From the NCBI GenBank assembly GCA_039028615.1, contig JBCCHT010000048.1, forward strand, positions 1 to 64,000: a stretch of DNA of 64,000 nt, written 5' to 3'. This DNA comes from Myxococcota bacterium. GTDB taxonomy: Bacteria > Myxococcota_A > Polyangia > Nannocystales > Nannocystaceae. Below the pieces are notes generated by a model that made no database searches, was not told the DNA's origin, and saw nothing but the letters and a program-made list of their open reading frames with translations. The position numbers and the translations under genes were made by a program. This document shows positions 19,525-29,091 of the stretch, one piece after another (within the stretch, counting starts at the first letter, position 1; each line of letters starts with the position of its first letter).

Positions 19525-19698
19525 TCAGCTCTGGGTCGGGGAGTCGGCCGGCGCTGCGTCGCGGGGCTCGCCACAACCGGCGAAGACCTCGGCGTAGGAC
19601 AGCGTGCTGCGCTGACCCATCTTGACCTTGCGGGCGCGGCCGGCCTTCTTCTTCTTGTTACGACGCTTCGTGTCGGTCACTACGGTGAGCGATGCCAT
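19525..19698 (-). CDS. Small basic protein (57 aa)
   Basis: MASLTVVTDTKRRNKKKKAGRARKVKMGQRSTLSYAEVFAGCGEP; typical codon usage; co-directional and just downstream of spoT. Confidence 0.7.
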   Translation of the reverse strand: MASLTVVTDTKRRNKKKKAGRARKVKMGQRSTLSYAEVFAGCGEPRDAAPADSPTQS

Positions 19699-19753
19699 GG
19701 TCGGCGGGTCATAGGGCGACCCCCAGGGCGGTGTCAACCCCACCGAGGTCACG

Positions 19754-22168
19754 TCACGAGGGCCGGCCGTAACTGCCCGGTCCGGGCGTGAACACCCGCT
19801 CTACGCCCAGGACCCCGTCGATGCGCTTGAGGGTCGCGGTGAGCGTCTCGAGCTGCTCGCGGGTGGAGATCGTGGCCTGGAAGGTGTTGATCGCGCGATT
19901 CCCGTCGGGCAGCGACCGGCAATTGGCCTGCTTGATGTTCACGTCGCTGCTCACGAACGCCTTGCTCATCTCGGCCAGCAGCCCGACCTTGTTGGCGGTG
20001 CGGACCTCTACGGTGACCGGCCGCTCGAGGGTGAGCTCGGGGTCCCAGGCCAGGTAGATCCGACGCTCGCTGAGCTGCTCGAGGACGTCGGGGCAGCCCT
20101 CGACGTGGGCGGTGATCCCCTGCCCCGCCTGGAACACCCCGATCAGCGGGTCGCCGGGAACAGGTGAGCAGCATGAGGCCAGCTCGATGGTCGCCCGGGC
20201 GCCACCGATGGCGGTGACCTTCTCGCGGGTGACCTCGATGGGGGCGGTGGGCGTGGCGCCCTGGGCGGTGCCGTCGCTGTTGGCGATGCCCCGCGCCACC
20301 CGGCGAAAGACCCGGGACAGCAGGTTGCCCGCGTCCACGGCATCGGCTCGGCCATCTCGGGCGGCCAGCGAGCGTGCGAGGGCGTCGGGCTCGATCTGCC
20401 CCGCCCCGACCGCGGCATAGACCCCGTCCCGGTCGCGAGACTCCCGGGGCAGCCCCAGGCTCTCGGCCTGCTCGGCCACCCATCCCCGCTCCTCGTAGTC
20501 GGTGAGCGTCATGGAGCGGCTCTTGAGCACCTGCTCGACGAGGTTGCGGCCAACCTCGCGCAAGTGCTGGCGTTCTTGCTGGCGCAGGTGCTGGCGGATG
20601 CGGGCCTTGGCGCGCGACGACACGCACATCTGCATCCACTCGGGGTGCGGCCCGTGGTTGGGGTTGGTGATGATCTCGACCGTGTCGCCCTGCCGCAGGT
20701 GGTAGCGCAGCGGCACCGCCTGCCCGTTCACGCGAGCGCCCGAGCAGTGCATGCCCACGTCGCTGTGAATCGCGAAGGCGAAGTCGATGGGCGTGGCCCC
20801 CTTGGGGAAGGTGTGGACGTCGCCCCCGGGGGTGAACACGTAGATCTCGTCGGCGAACAGGTCGGCTTTGACCGCCGCGATGAATTCGTTGGGGTCGCGG
20901 ACGTCGTCTTGCCAGTCCATCAACCCGCGTAGCCACGCGAGGTGGTCGGCCTCGGCCCCGGGGTGGCTGCCGTCCTTCCAGGCGGCCGCGATGCCGCGCT
21001 GCGCCACGTCGTCCATGGCCTGCGAGCGGATCTGGATCTCGAGGCGGCCCCCCTCCCGGCCGACGACCGAGGTGTGGAGCCCGCGATAGTGGTTGGGCCG
21101 CGGCAGCGCGATGTAGTCGCGGAAGCGGCCCGGCACGGGCTGGAAGTGGGCGTGCAACAGGCCCATGGCCGCGTAGCAGGCCGCCCGATCGCGGGTGATG
21201 ACCTGGAAGGTGACGATGTCCGTCAGCTCGAGCTGCCGACGGTTGGCCTCGCGGCGGCGATGCACCCGATACGGCGTGCGGAGGCTCGCGCGGACCTCGG
21301 CGGGGCCGTGCGAGGGCAGCCAGGTCATGCTGCCGTCGTTGGCCTTGCCCAGCTCGGGCCGACCCGAGCGCGGCGGCGGCTCACCGCCCGCGAAGGCCTT
21401 GCGCAGCGCCCCCAGCGACTCGGTGGGCTGCGTGGGGTAGCGGTCGAGCACCGCCTCGATGTCCTTGCGCACCGCGGCGCACGACACCGGCTCCATATAG
21501 CGGAACGACAGGTCTTGCAGCTCGCGCCGCACCCCCTCGAGCCCGAGGCGATTGGCCAGCGGGGCGTAGATCTGCATGGTCTCCCGGCTGATCCGCTCCT
21601 GCTTCTCCGGGGCCATGTGCTCGAGCGTCCGCATGTTGTCGAGGCGGTCGAGCAGCTTGACGATGAGCACGCGGATGTCGCGGCTCATGGCCAGCAGCAT
21701 CTTGCGGAAGCTCTCCGCCTGCTGGGTGGCGCGCGTCAGGTACGGCACCTTGCCGAGCTTGGTGACCCCGTCGACGATGGCCGCGACCTCGCGCCCGAAC
21801 TGCTCGGTGAGCTCGTAGACGGTGAGCTCGGAGTCCTCGACCGAGTCGTGCAGCAGCGCGGCGGCGACCGAAGAGGAGTCGAGGCCCAGCTGGGCGATGC
21901 TGTGGGCCACCCGCACCGGGTGCACCAGGTAGGGCTCGCCGCTGCGCCGACGCTGCGTGGAATGCGAGCGATGGGCGAGGGCGAAGGCCTGGGAGATGAG
22001 CCCCTCGTCGGGATGCGACTGCCGCTGGCGAATCTCGGACAGCAGGCCTTCGAGCGCGCTGCCGTCTTCGAGACCGTCCTCGGTCACCGAGGGAACGGTC
22101 GGCTCCCACCCCGGGCCCTCCCACGGCGCCGGCAATGTCGCGGCGACGTCAGGGCCCGCTGAAGTCAA
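19754..22168 (-). CDS. spoT: Long RelA/SpoT homolog (HD-SYN-TGS-ZFD-ACT)
   Basis: RRSGEPYLVHP, AALLHDSVED, DRLDNMRTL, EIQIRS, TGS motif ATPIDFAF, CCSPVPGD and an ACT domain. The TTG start overlaps the gmk stop. Confidence 0.92.
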   Translation of the reverse strand: MTSAGPDVAATLPAPWEGPGWEPTVPSVTEDGLEDGSALEGLLSEIRQRQSHPDEGLISQAFALAHRSHSTQRRRSGEPYLVHPVRVAHSIAQLGLDSSSVAAALLHDSVEDSELTVYELTEQFGREVAAIVDGVTKLGKVPYLTRATQQAESFRKMLLAMSRDIRVLIVKLLDRLDNMRTLEHMAPEKQERISRETMQIYAPLANRLGLEGVRRELQDLSFRYMEPVSCAAVRKDIEAVLDRYPTQPTESLGALRKAFAGGEPPPRSGRPELGKANDGSMTWLPSHGPAEVRASLRTPYRVHRRREANRRQLELTDIVTFQVITRDRAACYAAMGLLHAHFQPVPGRFRDYIALPRPNHYRGLHTSVVGREGGRLEIQIRSQAMDDVAQRGIAAAWKDGSHPGAEADHLAWLRGLMDWQDDVRDPNEFIAAVKADLFADEIYVFTPGGDVHTFPKGATPIDFAFAIHSDVGMHCSGARVNGQAVPLRYHLRQGDTVEIITNPNHGPHPEWMQMCVSSRAKARIRQHLRQQERQHLREVGRNLVEQVLKSRSMTLTDYEERGWVAEQAESLGLPRESRDRDGVYAAVGAGQIEPDALARSLAARDGRADAVDAGNLLSRVFRRVARGIANSDGTAQGATPTAPIEVTREKVTAIGGARATIELASCCSPVPGDPLIGVFQAGQGITAHVEGCPDVLEQLSERRIYLAWDPELTLERPVTVEVRTANKVGLLAEMSKAFVSSDVNIKQANCRSLPDGNRAINTFQATISTREQLETLTATLKRIDGVLGVERVFTPGPGSYGRPS

Positions 22169-22833
22169 AGCAATTGCTCCTGCCCGGACAACACTTGCTC
22201 GGCCACGGCCGCCTGCCGAACGCGCGTATGCACCTGCGACAGGTACACCGCGCGCAGCGCGTCGTAGGCTCGGTCGATGTCGTCGTTCATCACGAGGTAG
22301 TCGTACTCATCGTAGTGACGCAGCTCCTGCCGAGCCACTCGAATGCGTCGCTCGATGACCTCGTTGGAGTCGGTGCCCCGACCACGCAAGCGCCGCTCGA
22401 GCTCTTTGAGGCTCGGCGGCAAGATGAACACGAGCACGACATCCTCGGGAAACTTTTGACGAAGCTGCTGCCCGCCCTGGTAGTCGATGTCGAAGAGCAG
22501 GTCGTTGCCCTGATCGATGGCCTCGGCCACGCGCGGGGCCGAAGTGCCGTACATGTTGCCGTGGACCATCGCGTACTCCGCGAACTCGTCCCGGTTGATC
22601 ATCTCTTGGAAGACGGGTTTTTCGACGAAGTTGTACTCGACCCCGTCGGTCTCCCCGGCGCGGGGGGGCCGCGTCGTGTACGAGACCGAGAAGCCCAGGC
22701 GGGGGAACTCGTTGCGGAGCTTGGAGCACAGCGTCGTCTTGCCCGCCCCCGAGGGCGACGAGACCACGAGCAAAAGCCCGCGCGGTTTGCGACCTCGCGG
22801 GCCCGTGCTGGCTTGGCCAGACCTACTCGACAT
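22165..22833 (-). CDS. gmk: Guanylate kinase
   Basis: SSPSGAGKTT, SVSYTTRPPRAGETDGVEYNFV and FILPPS. Confidence 0.97.
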   Translation of the reverse strand: MSSRSGQASTGPRGRKPRGLLLVVSSPSGAGKTTLCSKLRNEFPRLGFSVSYTTRPPRAGETDGVEYNFVEKPVFQEMINRDEFAEYAMVHGNMYGTSAPRVAEAIDQGNDLLFDIDYQGGQQLRQKFPEDVVLVFILPPSLKELERRLRGRGTDSNEVIERRIRVARQELRHYDEYDYLVMNDDIDRAYDALRAVYLSQVHTRVRQAAVAEQVLSGQEQLL

Positions 22834-23764
22834 TATGTACCTGCTCGCGGATCCGCTCGATCGTGCCCTTGGCCTCGATCACGATCCGGCTGCCCTCATG
22901 GCTGGTGATCTTGCTGCCGATGGTCGTGATCTCGCGCAACAGCTCCTGCGACAGGAACTCCAGGGTCTTGCCCTGGCCCGACGCCGCTGGGCTGCCCACG
23001 ACCTCGCGCAGCTGAGCGAGGTGGCTGGCGATCCGGGCCAGCTCTTCGGCGACATCGCCGCGGGCGACGAGGATCGCGATCTCCTGCGCCACTCGATCCC
23101 GATCGACGGCGTCGGCGCCCAGTCGCGCGCACAACTCCTCGATGCGGTGCTTCACCCGCCCGGCGAGCCGCTCCTCCTCGGGAGGCAGGCAGGCCTCGAG
23201 TCGCTCGACGTGACCGGAGAGTTCTTCCCCCAGGTTGCTGATGGCCTCGGCCAGGGCCTCGCCCTCGCGCTCGCGGAAGTTGCACAGAGCACTGACCGCT
23301 TCGCCGACCACCTCGGAGAGGAACTCGGGCGGGGACGGCGGAGCCTCGACGGCCAGCGAAGGACCGCGCGAAGCGATCTGGCAAAACCTCAGGATTTCCA
23401 GGGAGCTAGCCTGCGACAGGTGAAGCGTCGCATGAGCCATCTTGGCCACCTCTCCGGCGGCGCGGATGGTCTGCTCGACACGGCCGCGATCGACCCCGAG
23501 GGCGATCAGCGGATCCTTGGGATCGATCTCCTCGGGCGTCGTCGCCCGCAGGTGCACGGCAATGTCGACGCGTCCGCGACCGACCTTGCCCTCCAGCTGC
23601 CGTCGCAGCGCTCGCTCGGTGGATGCACCGAAAGGCTGACGGACCTTGATCTCCAGGAACCTCGCGTTCACCGAGCGGGTTTCGACGTCGAGCGACCAGG
23701 GGCCGTCATCGGAAACCCAGCGTCGGCTCGCGGTCCCATAGCCGGTCATGCTGCGCAGAGGCAC
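22823..23764 (-). CDS. yicC: YicC/YloC family endoribonuclease
   Basis: RSMTGYG, RSVNARFLE, QELLREITTIGSK and IREQVHNVE. Upstream of gmk. Confidence 0.93.
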   Translation of the reverse strand: MPLRSMTGYGTASRRWVSDDGPWSLDVETRSVNARFLEIKVRQPFGASTERALRRQLEGKVGRGRVDIAVHLRATTPEEIDPKDPLIALGVDRGRVEQTIRAAGEVAKMAHATLHLSQASSLEILRFCQIASRGPSLAVEAPPSPPEFLSEVVGEAVSALCNFREREGEALAEAISNLGEELSGHVERLEACLPPEEERLAGRVKHRIEELCARLGADAVDRDRVAQEIAILVARGDVAEELARIASHLAQLREVVGSPAASGQGKTLEFLSQELLREITTIGSKITSHEGSRIVIEAKGTIERIREQVHNVE

Positions 23765-23947
23765 TCGTTCCGAGATACCTCCGGTGGCGGGGCACTCGCA
23801 AGGGGGGCGCCTGCCCAGGTCCGCCACGTGCGGCGTGAGGCCCGAGGTGGCCAAATACCGCTTCCCCGCGGCCTGTCGCCGACGCTCCATCACGGGACCC
23901 CCGACCCCTCCGAAGTGGGGTCCAGGGACTGCTATCCTCGGCGGCCC

Positions 23948-24730
23948 GTGCTCGCCCCCCTCAGTGCTCGGCTGGCCGCCGCGTTGCTGGTCACGTCGCC
24001 CGCCGCTGCCGCCACGGCCACCGAAGCCGAACCCGCGGCCAGCGAGGCTCCGCCCGCGACGGCAGAGCCAGCGTCGGACGAGAGCGACGACGTCGAGTCG
24101 GAGGCTCCGCGCTCGGCCTCGCGCACCGAGATCAAGGACCGACGGTTCATGGTCGGTCTCGAGGGCGTGGTGCTTCAGGCCCCTCCCCTGCGACCCGACG
24201 CGGTGCGCTTCGACTCGCGCTTCATCGGCCGCTCGGTATCGATGGGCGGCCTGGGGCTCTTGGCCCGATATCGCGTGCACCCTCGCATCGCTCTGGAGAC
24301 GAGCGTCCGCTCGGGCTCGGCTCGCTACGACGGGCGAGACGAAGGCGACGAAGAGGCCGGGAGTTCCAACGTCGTTTCCCACGACCAAGTGATGGCCGAC
24401 GTCGGTGTCTTGTTGTTCGTTGCCCGCGGCGAAACGGCCCATTTGGCCTTCGACGCCGGTCTCGGCGGCATGGGCAGCAGCGTCGACTACGAGCTGGATC
24501 GGGGTGGCACGCAGACCTTCGGGTCGGGCCTCGTCCGGATCGGCGCGGACTTGGAGTTCTTGGTCAAGCGAATCGCGTTCGTGGTGTCGATTCGCGCGGT
24601 CGGCGTTTTCACCGACCTCGACCGGGTCCGCAACGAGGGACCCGCATTCGAAGGGCGAGACTTGCCGGCGCCCGTCCCCGCCCTCCAGACGATGCTCGTC
24701 GGAGCGGCCGGGGTGGCGTACCGGTTCTAG
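23948..24730 (+). CDS. Putative outer-membrane beta-barrel protein
   Basis: Signal peptide, amphipathic strands and C-terminal GVAYRF. GTG start is an estimate. Confidence 0.65.
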   Translation: MLAPLSARLAAALLVTSPAAAATATEAEPAASEAPPATAEPASDESDDVESEAPRSASRTEIKDRRFMVGLEGVVLQAPPLRPDAVRFDSRFIGRSVSMGGLGLLARYRVHPRIALETSVRSGSARYDGRDEGDEEAGSSNVVSHDQVMADVGVLLFVARGETAHLAFDAGLGGMGSSVDYELDRGGTQTFGSGLVRIGADLEFLVKRIAFVVSIRAVGVFTDLDRVRNEGPAFEGRDLPAPVPALQTMLVGAAGVAYRF

Positions 24731-24942
24731 TTCTCGCCGTCGCGGGCTTCGAGCTTCGCGAACATGCGCTCGACGCCGTAGTAGCGAATGGAGGTCTCGT
24801 CGACCTCCGGGGCTTCCACCGCGGCCTCGACCTGCGAGGTGACCACGAGGTCGACATCATCGGCGGACGAGTCGATCGACAAGCCGAGGGGCTCGATGAC
24901 GGGGGTGAACATGGCGCTGAGAACGAGGATCCAGACTTGCAT
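24727..24942 (-). CDS. Small hypothetical protein (71 aa), possibly exported
   Basis: AGGAAG RBS-like element upstream, hydrophobic N-terminus and acidic body. Confidence 0.5.
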   Translation of the reverse strand: MQVWILVLSAMFTPVIEPLGLSIDSSADDVDLVVTSQVEAAVEAPEVDETSIRYYGVERMFAKLEARDGEN

Positions 24943-25062
24943 CGGTTGCTTCCTGGTTGCGGTGCGACCCCACCTTTGCGCCCTCCCCCGCCGATTTCCA
25001 AAAAAGTGGATCTCGATCGAGGGGTATGCAATCGGTCCATGGAGTTGACCGATTGTTGAGAC

Positions 25063-26907
25063 TCACCGGCGACGCTGGCCCAAGATCCAGGTGTCGACCG
25101 GAGCGATGGTCAGGCGGTCGAGCCGGGGCAAGTCGTCCCGAAACTCCAGGTCCCGCACCCGCTTGGACACCAGCATGACCTGGGTCGGAGCCCGGACCAC
25201 CGAGGCCACCCGCAGCGCTTCGAGGCGCTCGCCCACCGCGATGGTCGCCTCGCGACGACCTTGGGGCGTGGTGGCGGCCCGGTAGGCCTCGAGCGCCTCG
25301 TCGAGCGCCACGTCGGTCACCCCGGCCAGGTTGAGGTCGCCGCGGCTGTGGAAGTACGGGTACAGGTCGGCGTCGCTGCGATCGGCCAGCCGCAGCAGCG
25401 CCACGTCGAACTCGCCCTTGCGCATCAGGCTGAACAGGTACGACCACCCCGCGGTTGCGTAGGGCACGATGATGCCCAGCTCTCGCCACGCGTCGCGGAC
25501 CCCGTGGGCGATGGTGCGGCCGTCCCCTTCGGCGCCGTTCCACATCAACACCACCCGTAGGGCGCCCGTCTCTCGGCGTCGGACGCCGCGCTCGAGCACC
25601 CACTCGAGAGCGTCGAGGGTCAGGACCGCGCGGGCCCGGCCGTTGTCGTCGATGGACACGTCGCGGGGCACGGGCAGCCCGGCCATGCCCCAGCGGGCGG
25701 AGACCCCGGCCTCGTACAGCGCGGGCAAGTCGATTTCGACCGGGTCCGTGAGGTCGATGGGTGCCCCGACGTTCAGGGGGGGCTGGTCGCCGAGCGCATC
25801 GGCCAAGCTCGCCCGTGGGATGGCGTCGTCCAGCACGCCGCGCAGCTTGGGCCCGGCCTGGACCCCGCGCCGCAGGTTGTACAGCAGCACGTCGAAGCGC
25901 GGCGGGCTGAGCACGAAGGCCCGGAAGCGGGGCGCGGTGCCGGGCCGCGCCAGCTCCTCGGGGACGTGCGCGGGCGCCAGCTCGGCCGCCATGTGCACGT
26001 CGCCGCGACGCATCGCGGTCAGCACGTCGGAGCCGTCGGGCATCTCGCGCAGCACGATGCGCGAGGGCGGCGACGAGGGGCCGCCGGTCGGCGCAGGGGG
26101 ACTGTCGCCCGGCGGGACCCAGGGCTCGAGCACCAGCCGCTCGGGGTCCAGCGCGGTCACCTGCATGGGACCGGTGCCGATCGGTGCCCGCCCGAAGGCC
26201 CGCGGCCGCCCGCGATGCTTGGCGCGCGGCACGATGTACAGGTCGGCCAATCGAGACAGCGCCAGGGGCTCGGCCCGCGAGAAGCTCACGTGCACCCAGC
26301 GACCCGGGTCACGCGAAGCGCCCGGCGGCGGCACCCCGGGGGGCCCGTCGACCAGCTCCACCCGCTTGAGCCCGCCGAGCCCGAGCCGCAGCCGCATCGT
26401 CCCGCGCCGTGGATCGAGCCACCAGTCGATGCTGTAGCCGACGTCTTCGGGCGTCACCGGCTCGCCGTCGTGGAACACCGCCCCGGGCCGCAGGTGGCAG
26501 TACACGTCGCGCGGGGCCTCGACCGGCCGCGGCACGCAGACGTCGGCCAACGCGGGTTCCGCCCACGGTGCGCCCGTGTCGATGCGGCGCGTCAGCCCCT
26601 CGAACACCAGGTCCTCCGCGACGCGCGCTCCCCACGGTTCGAGGTCTCCCAGCGGATCCAGAGTTTCCGGGACACGACGCACCGCGATGACCACCCGCGA
26701 GTCCATGCGATCGTTCGAGCGCGCCTCCGCGATCTCGTCCTCGAAGCGATCCACAGAGGCTTCTGCCATCTCCGCGTCGGGCGATACTTCTTCTTCACCC
26801 GCACAACCGAGGCTCAGCCACGATCCCAGCAAACATGCCGCTACGGCCCGGTAGGGCGCCCCACCACGTGCGGCGCGGCAGACCGCATCCGATGCCCAGG
26901 CGCGCAT
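25063..26907 (-). CDS. ABC transporter substrate-binding protein, family 5 (peptide/nickel type), lipoprotein
   Basis: ETLDP, VFEGL, LRPGAVFHDGEPVTPEDV, PIGTGP and lipobox SLGC. Start is uncertain. Confidence 0.8.
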   Translation of the reverse strand: MRAWASDAVCRAARGGAPYRAVAACLLGSWLSLGCAGEEEVSPDAEMAEASVDRFEDEIAEARSNDRMDSRVVIAVRRVPETLDPLGDLEPWGARVAEDLVFEGLTRRIDTGAPWAEPALADVCVPRPVEAPRDVYCHLRPGAVFHDGEPVTPEDVGYSIDWWLDPRRGTMRLRLGLGGLKRVELVDGPPGVPPPGASRDPGRWVHVSFSRAEPLALSRLADLYIVPRAKHRGRPRAFGRAPIGTGPMQVTALDPERLVLEPWVPPGDSPPAPTGGPSSPPSRIVLREMPDGSDVLTAMRRGDVHMAAELAPAHVPEELARPGTAPRFRAFVLSPPRFDVLLYNLRRGVQAGPKLRGVLDDAIPRASLADALGDQPPLNVGAPIDLTDPVEIDLPALYEAGVSARWGMAGLPVPRDVSIDDNGRARAVLTLDALEWVLERGVRRRETGALRVVLMWNGAEGDGRTIAHGVRDAWRELGIIVPYATAGWSYLFSLMRKGEFDVALLRLADRSDADLYPYFHSRGDLNLAGVTDVALDEALEAYRAATTPQGRREATIAVGERLEALRVASVVRAPTQVMLVSKRVRDLEFRDDLPRLDRLTIAPVDTWILGQRRR

Positions 26908-27089
26908 GAACGTGCGCCCCTCGGTAGGCGCATGGCCGGTCCCCACGGAGACCTCGGGTCGAGTGCCGGACGCCATCGGGTAGCGGTGTACCGCGTTCGC
27001 TTCGGGTTGAAAATCGCGGGGGTGGCGTGATACGTAGCCGTCTCGACCGGTGCGCCGAATTGGGCCTCTCGGTCGTATCCAAGCCGGAC

Positions 27090-27824
27090 ATGGCCATGCG
27101 AAGCAACACCGCCTCCCCCCTGTCTTCTCTTGTGGCCGCCGCCTTGCTCGGCGCCTTCGTCCTCACCGGTTGCGACAAAGACGAGGAAGAACTCGAGCTC
27201 AAGGGCGAGCAGGCCGAAGAAGAGCAAGGCCCCGCCGTGCAGGTCACCCTGCCCCCGTCGCCCAACTTCGACGAGGGCAAGGCGCCCGAGCAATGGGAGG
27301 ATTCCTCCTGGTCGATCTGGGGCCTGCGTCGCGACATCGACAAGCAGGTCGCCGACGGCGAGGCGAGCACCGAGATCACCCTCAAGGGTTGGGTGCAAGA
27401 GATCTACGTGCCCCCCGAGTGCCCCGAGGGCGAGGTCTGCCCCCCGCCCAAGCAGCCCCACCTGTGGATCACCGACCACGAGGGCATCGAGGGCAAGAAG
27501 CGGGCGATGATGGTCGTCAACTACAGCTTCACCATCCCCGAGTGGCAAGCCGCCGACTGGAAGGACCAGCCCGAGGTCATCTTCGAGAAGGGCAAGCGCT
27601 ACACCATCAAGGGCATCTTCAAGCAGTTCTCGGACACCGGCTTCGCGTCCGACCGCGGCCTCATCGAGTTCCGCTCGTACAAGGCCCACGACCCCGAGAC
27701 CGGCGCCGAGGGTGACTGGAACTACCCGCCCGGCGCCGCCTGGCACCCGCTCACCATCCAGCAGCAGGAAGAGCAGAACGCCAAGCTCGCCGAGGCCGCG
27801 GCGAAGGCGGCCAAGAAGAAATAG
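27090..27824 (+). CDS. Hypothetical lipoprotein (possible OB-fold)
   Basis: Lipobox LTGC, strongly biased codons and a terminator downstream. Confidence 0.75.
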   Translation: MAMRSNTASPLSSLVAAALLGAFVLTGCDKDEEELELKGEQAEEEQGPAVQVTLPPSPNFDEGKAPEQWEDSSWSIWGLRRDIDKQVADGEASTEITLKGWVQEIYVPPECPEGEVCPPPKQPHLWITDHEGIEGKKRAMMVVNYSFTIPEWQAADWKDQPEVIFEKGKRYTIKGIFKQFSDTGFASDRGLIEFRSYKAHDPETGAEGDWNYPPGAAWHPLTIQQQEEQNAKLAEAAAKAAKKK

Positions 27825-27843
27825 CGCGCCTGCGGTTCGCGAC

Positions 27844-27880
27844 AAAAACCCGCGCACGGCTCGGCCGGCGCGGGTTTTTT
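27844..27880. terminator. Bidirectional intrinsic terminator
   Basis: AAAAACCCGCGC..GCGCGGGTTTTTT. Confidence 0.9.
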
Positions 27881-27901
27881 CGTGGCCACGTCTCGGCGGG
27901 C

Positions 27902-28906
27902 TCAGTGGCGGTTCATGGCTTCGGCCCGCAGCGACTGCGGCGTCGTCCCCGTCCAGTTCTTGAAGGCGCGGAAGAACGAGCTGGGCTCGTCGAAGCCGAT
28001 GAGGAACGCGATCTCGGGGTGCGAGATGGTCGTCTCGACCAGGTAGTGCCGGGCCAGGGCCTCGCGGGTGGCTCGGACCACGCCCTTGAACGTGACCCCT
28101 TCGGTCTTCAGGCTGCGCTGCAGCGTTCGTGGGCCGACGCCCAGACGCTGCGCCACCCCTTCGATCGACGCCTCTCCGCTCGGCAGGGTCTCCAGCAGGA
28201 TCGACCGCACACGCTCCGCCGTCTTCGCCGTGGCCTGCAGCTGATTGAGCCGGCGGCGGAGCTCGGGCTGGAACACGTCCCACATCGCCTCGCTCGCGGT
28301 GAGGAAGGGGCGGCGGGCATCGGCCGGGCTGAAGGTGACCCCGTAGCGCGGGCCGTGGGTCGGCTCGACGCCGAAATACTCCCGATAGGCCGCGGTGGGC
28401 TCCAGCGCCTGCGGTCCCTCCACGCGCACGGGCACCACCGACTCTCGGGTCCCGATGCGGGCGATGCGAACCGTCAGCGTCATCTCCGTCGCGGCCATGC
28501 TGGGGGTCATGGTGGCGGAGGGGTCCTGCCAGCTCACCCCCACGAACAGGCCGCGCTCGTCTTCCTCGATGGTCACCACCATGGGCGCCACGAGGCGCTT
28601 GTACTCCGCCAGGCGCGTCAGGGCGGTGGTGAGGTCGGGGCTGCACAGCGCACCGAAGATGGCCGGGTGGAACGCCTCGGAGGAGATGGACTCCGCGATG
28701 CGAATCGGCAGCAAAGGGTCGTCGGCCTCGGCCTCGAGCGCGGCGTACAGCGCCGTGTATTGCGCAAAGCCCAGCTTCACGCTCTCGCGGGCCTGCAGGT
28801 CGAGAGGCAGCCCCGCTCGCCGAAACACGTTCTCCACGTTGACGCCCAGGTCCGTCAGCAGGAGCAGCCAGCTCCGATCGAGGCTCACGGGACCCATCGC
28901 ATCCAT
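27902..28906 (-). CDS. AraC family transcriptional regulator (OruR/ArgR-like N-terminal domain)
   Basis: C-terminal double HTH: VAQRLGVGPRTLQRSL and IAFLIGFDEPSSFFRAFKNWTGTTP. Confidence 0.92.
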   Translation of the reverse strand: MDAMGPVSLDRSWLLLLTDLGVNVENVFRRAGLPLDLQARESVKLGFAQYTALYAALEAEADDPLLPIRIAESISSEAFHPAIFGALCSPDLTTALTRLAEYKRLVAPMVVTIEEDERGLFVGVSWQDPSATMTPSMAATEMTLTVRIARIGTRESVVPVRVEGPQALEPTAAYREYFGVEPTHGPRYGVTFSPADARRPFLTASEAMWDVFQPELRRRLNQLQATAKTAERVRSILLETLPSGEASIEGVAQRLGVGPRTLQRSLKTEGVTFKGVVRATREALARHYLVETTISHPEIAFLIGFDEPSSFFRAFKNWTGTTPQSLRAEAMNRH

Positions 28907-28944
28907 GCCTTCAGCGTAGGGCGCCCGGTCCCGTCGCCTCAAGT

Positions 28945-29035
28945 CCCAAATGCGACACGATACTGGCAAGACGCGACATGGAGACGCGCTCGGATTGCAA
29001 CGTGACGCGTTTGGGCATTCGCGTGTCGCGTGCGG
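28945..29035. promoter_or_regulatory. Putative AraC operator: two inverted pairs of 21-bp-spaced TG(T/A)CGC repeats
   Basis: GCGACA at 28952 and 28973; GTGACGCG at 29002 and GTGTCGCG at 29023. Confidence 0.6.
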
Positions 29036-29091
29036 CGAATGACCCGCCGCGCCTTCGTGCCCATGCTCGGAGGGCACGGAGGCAACGAAAA

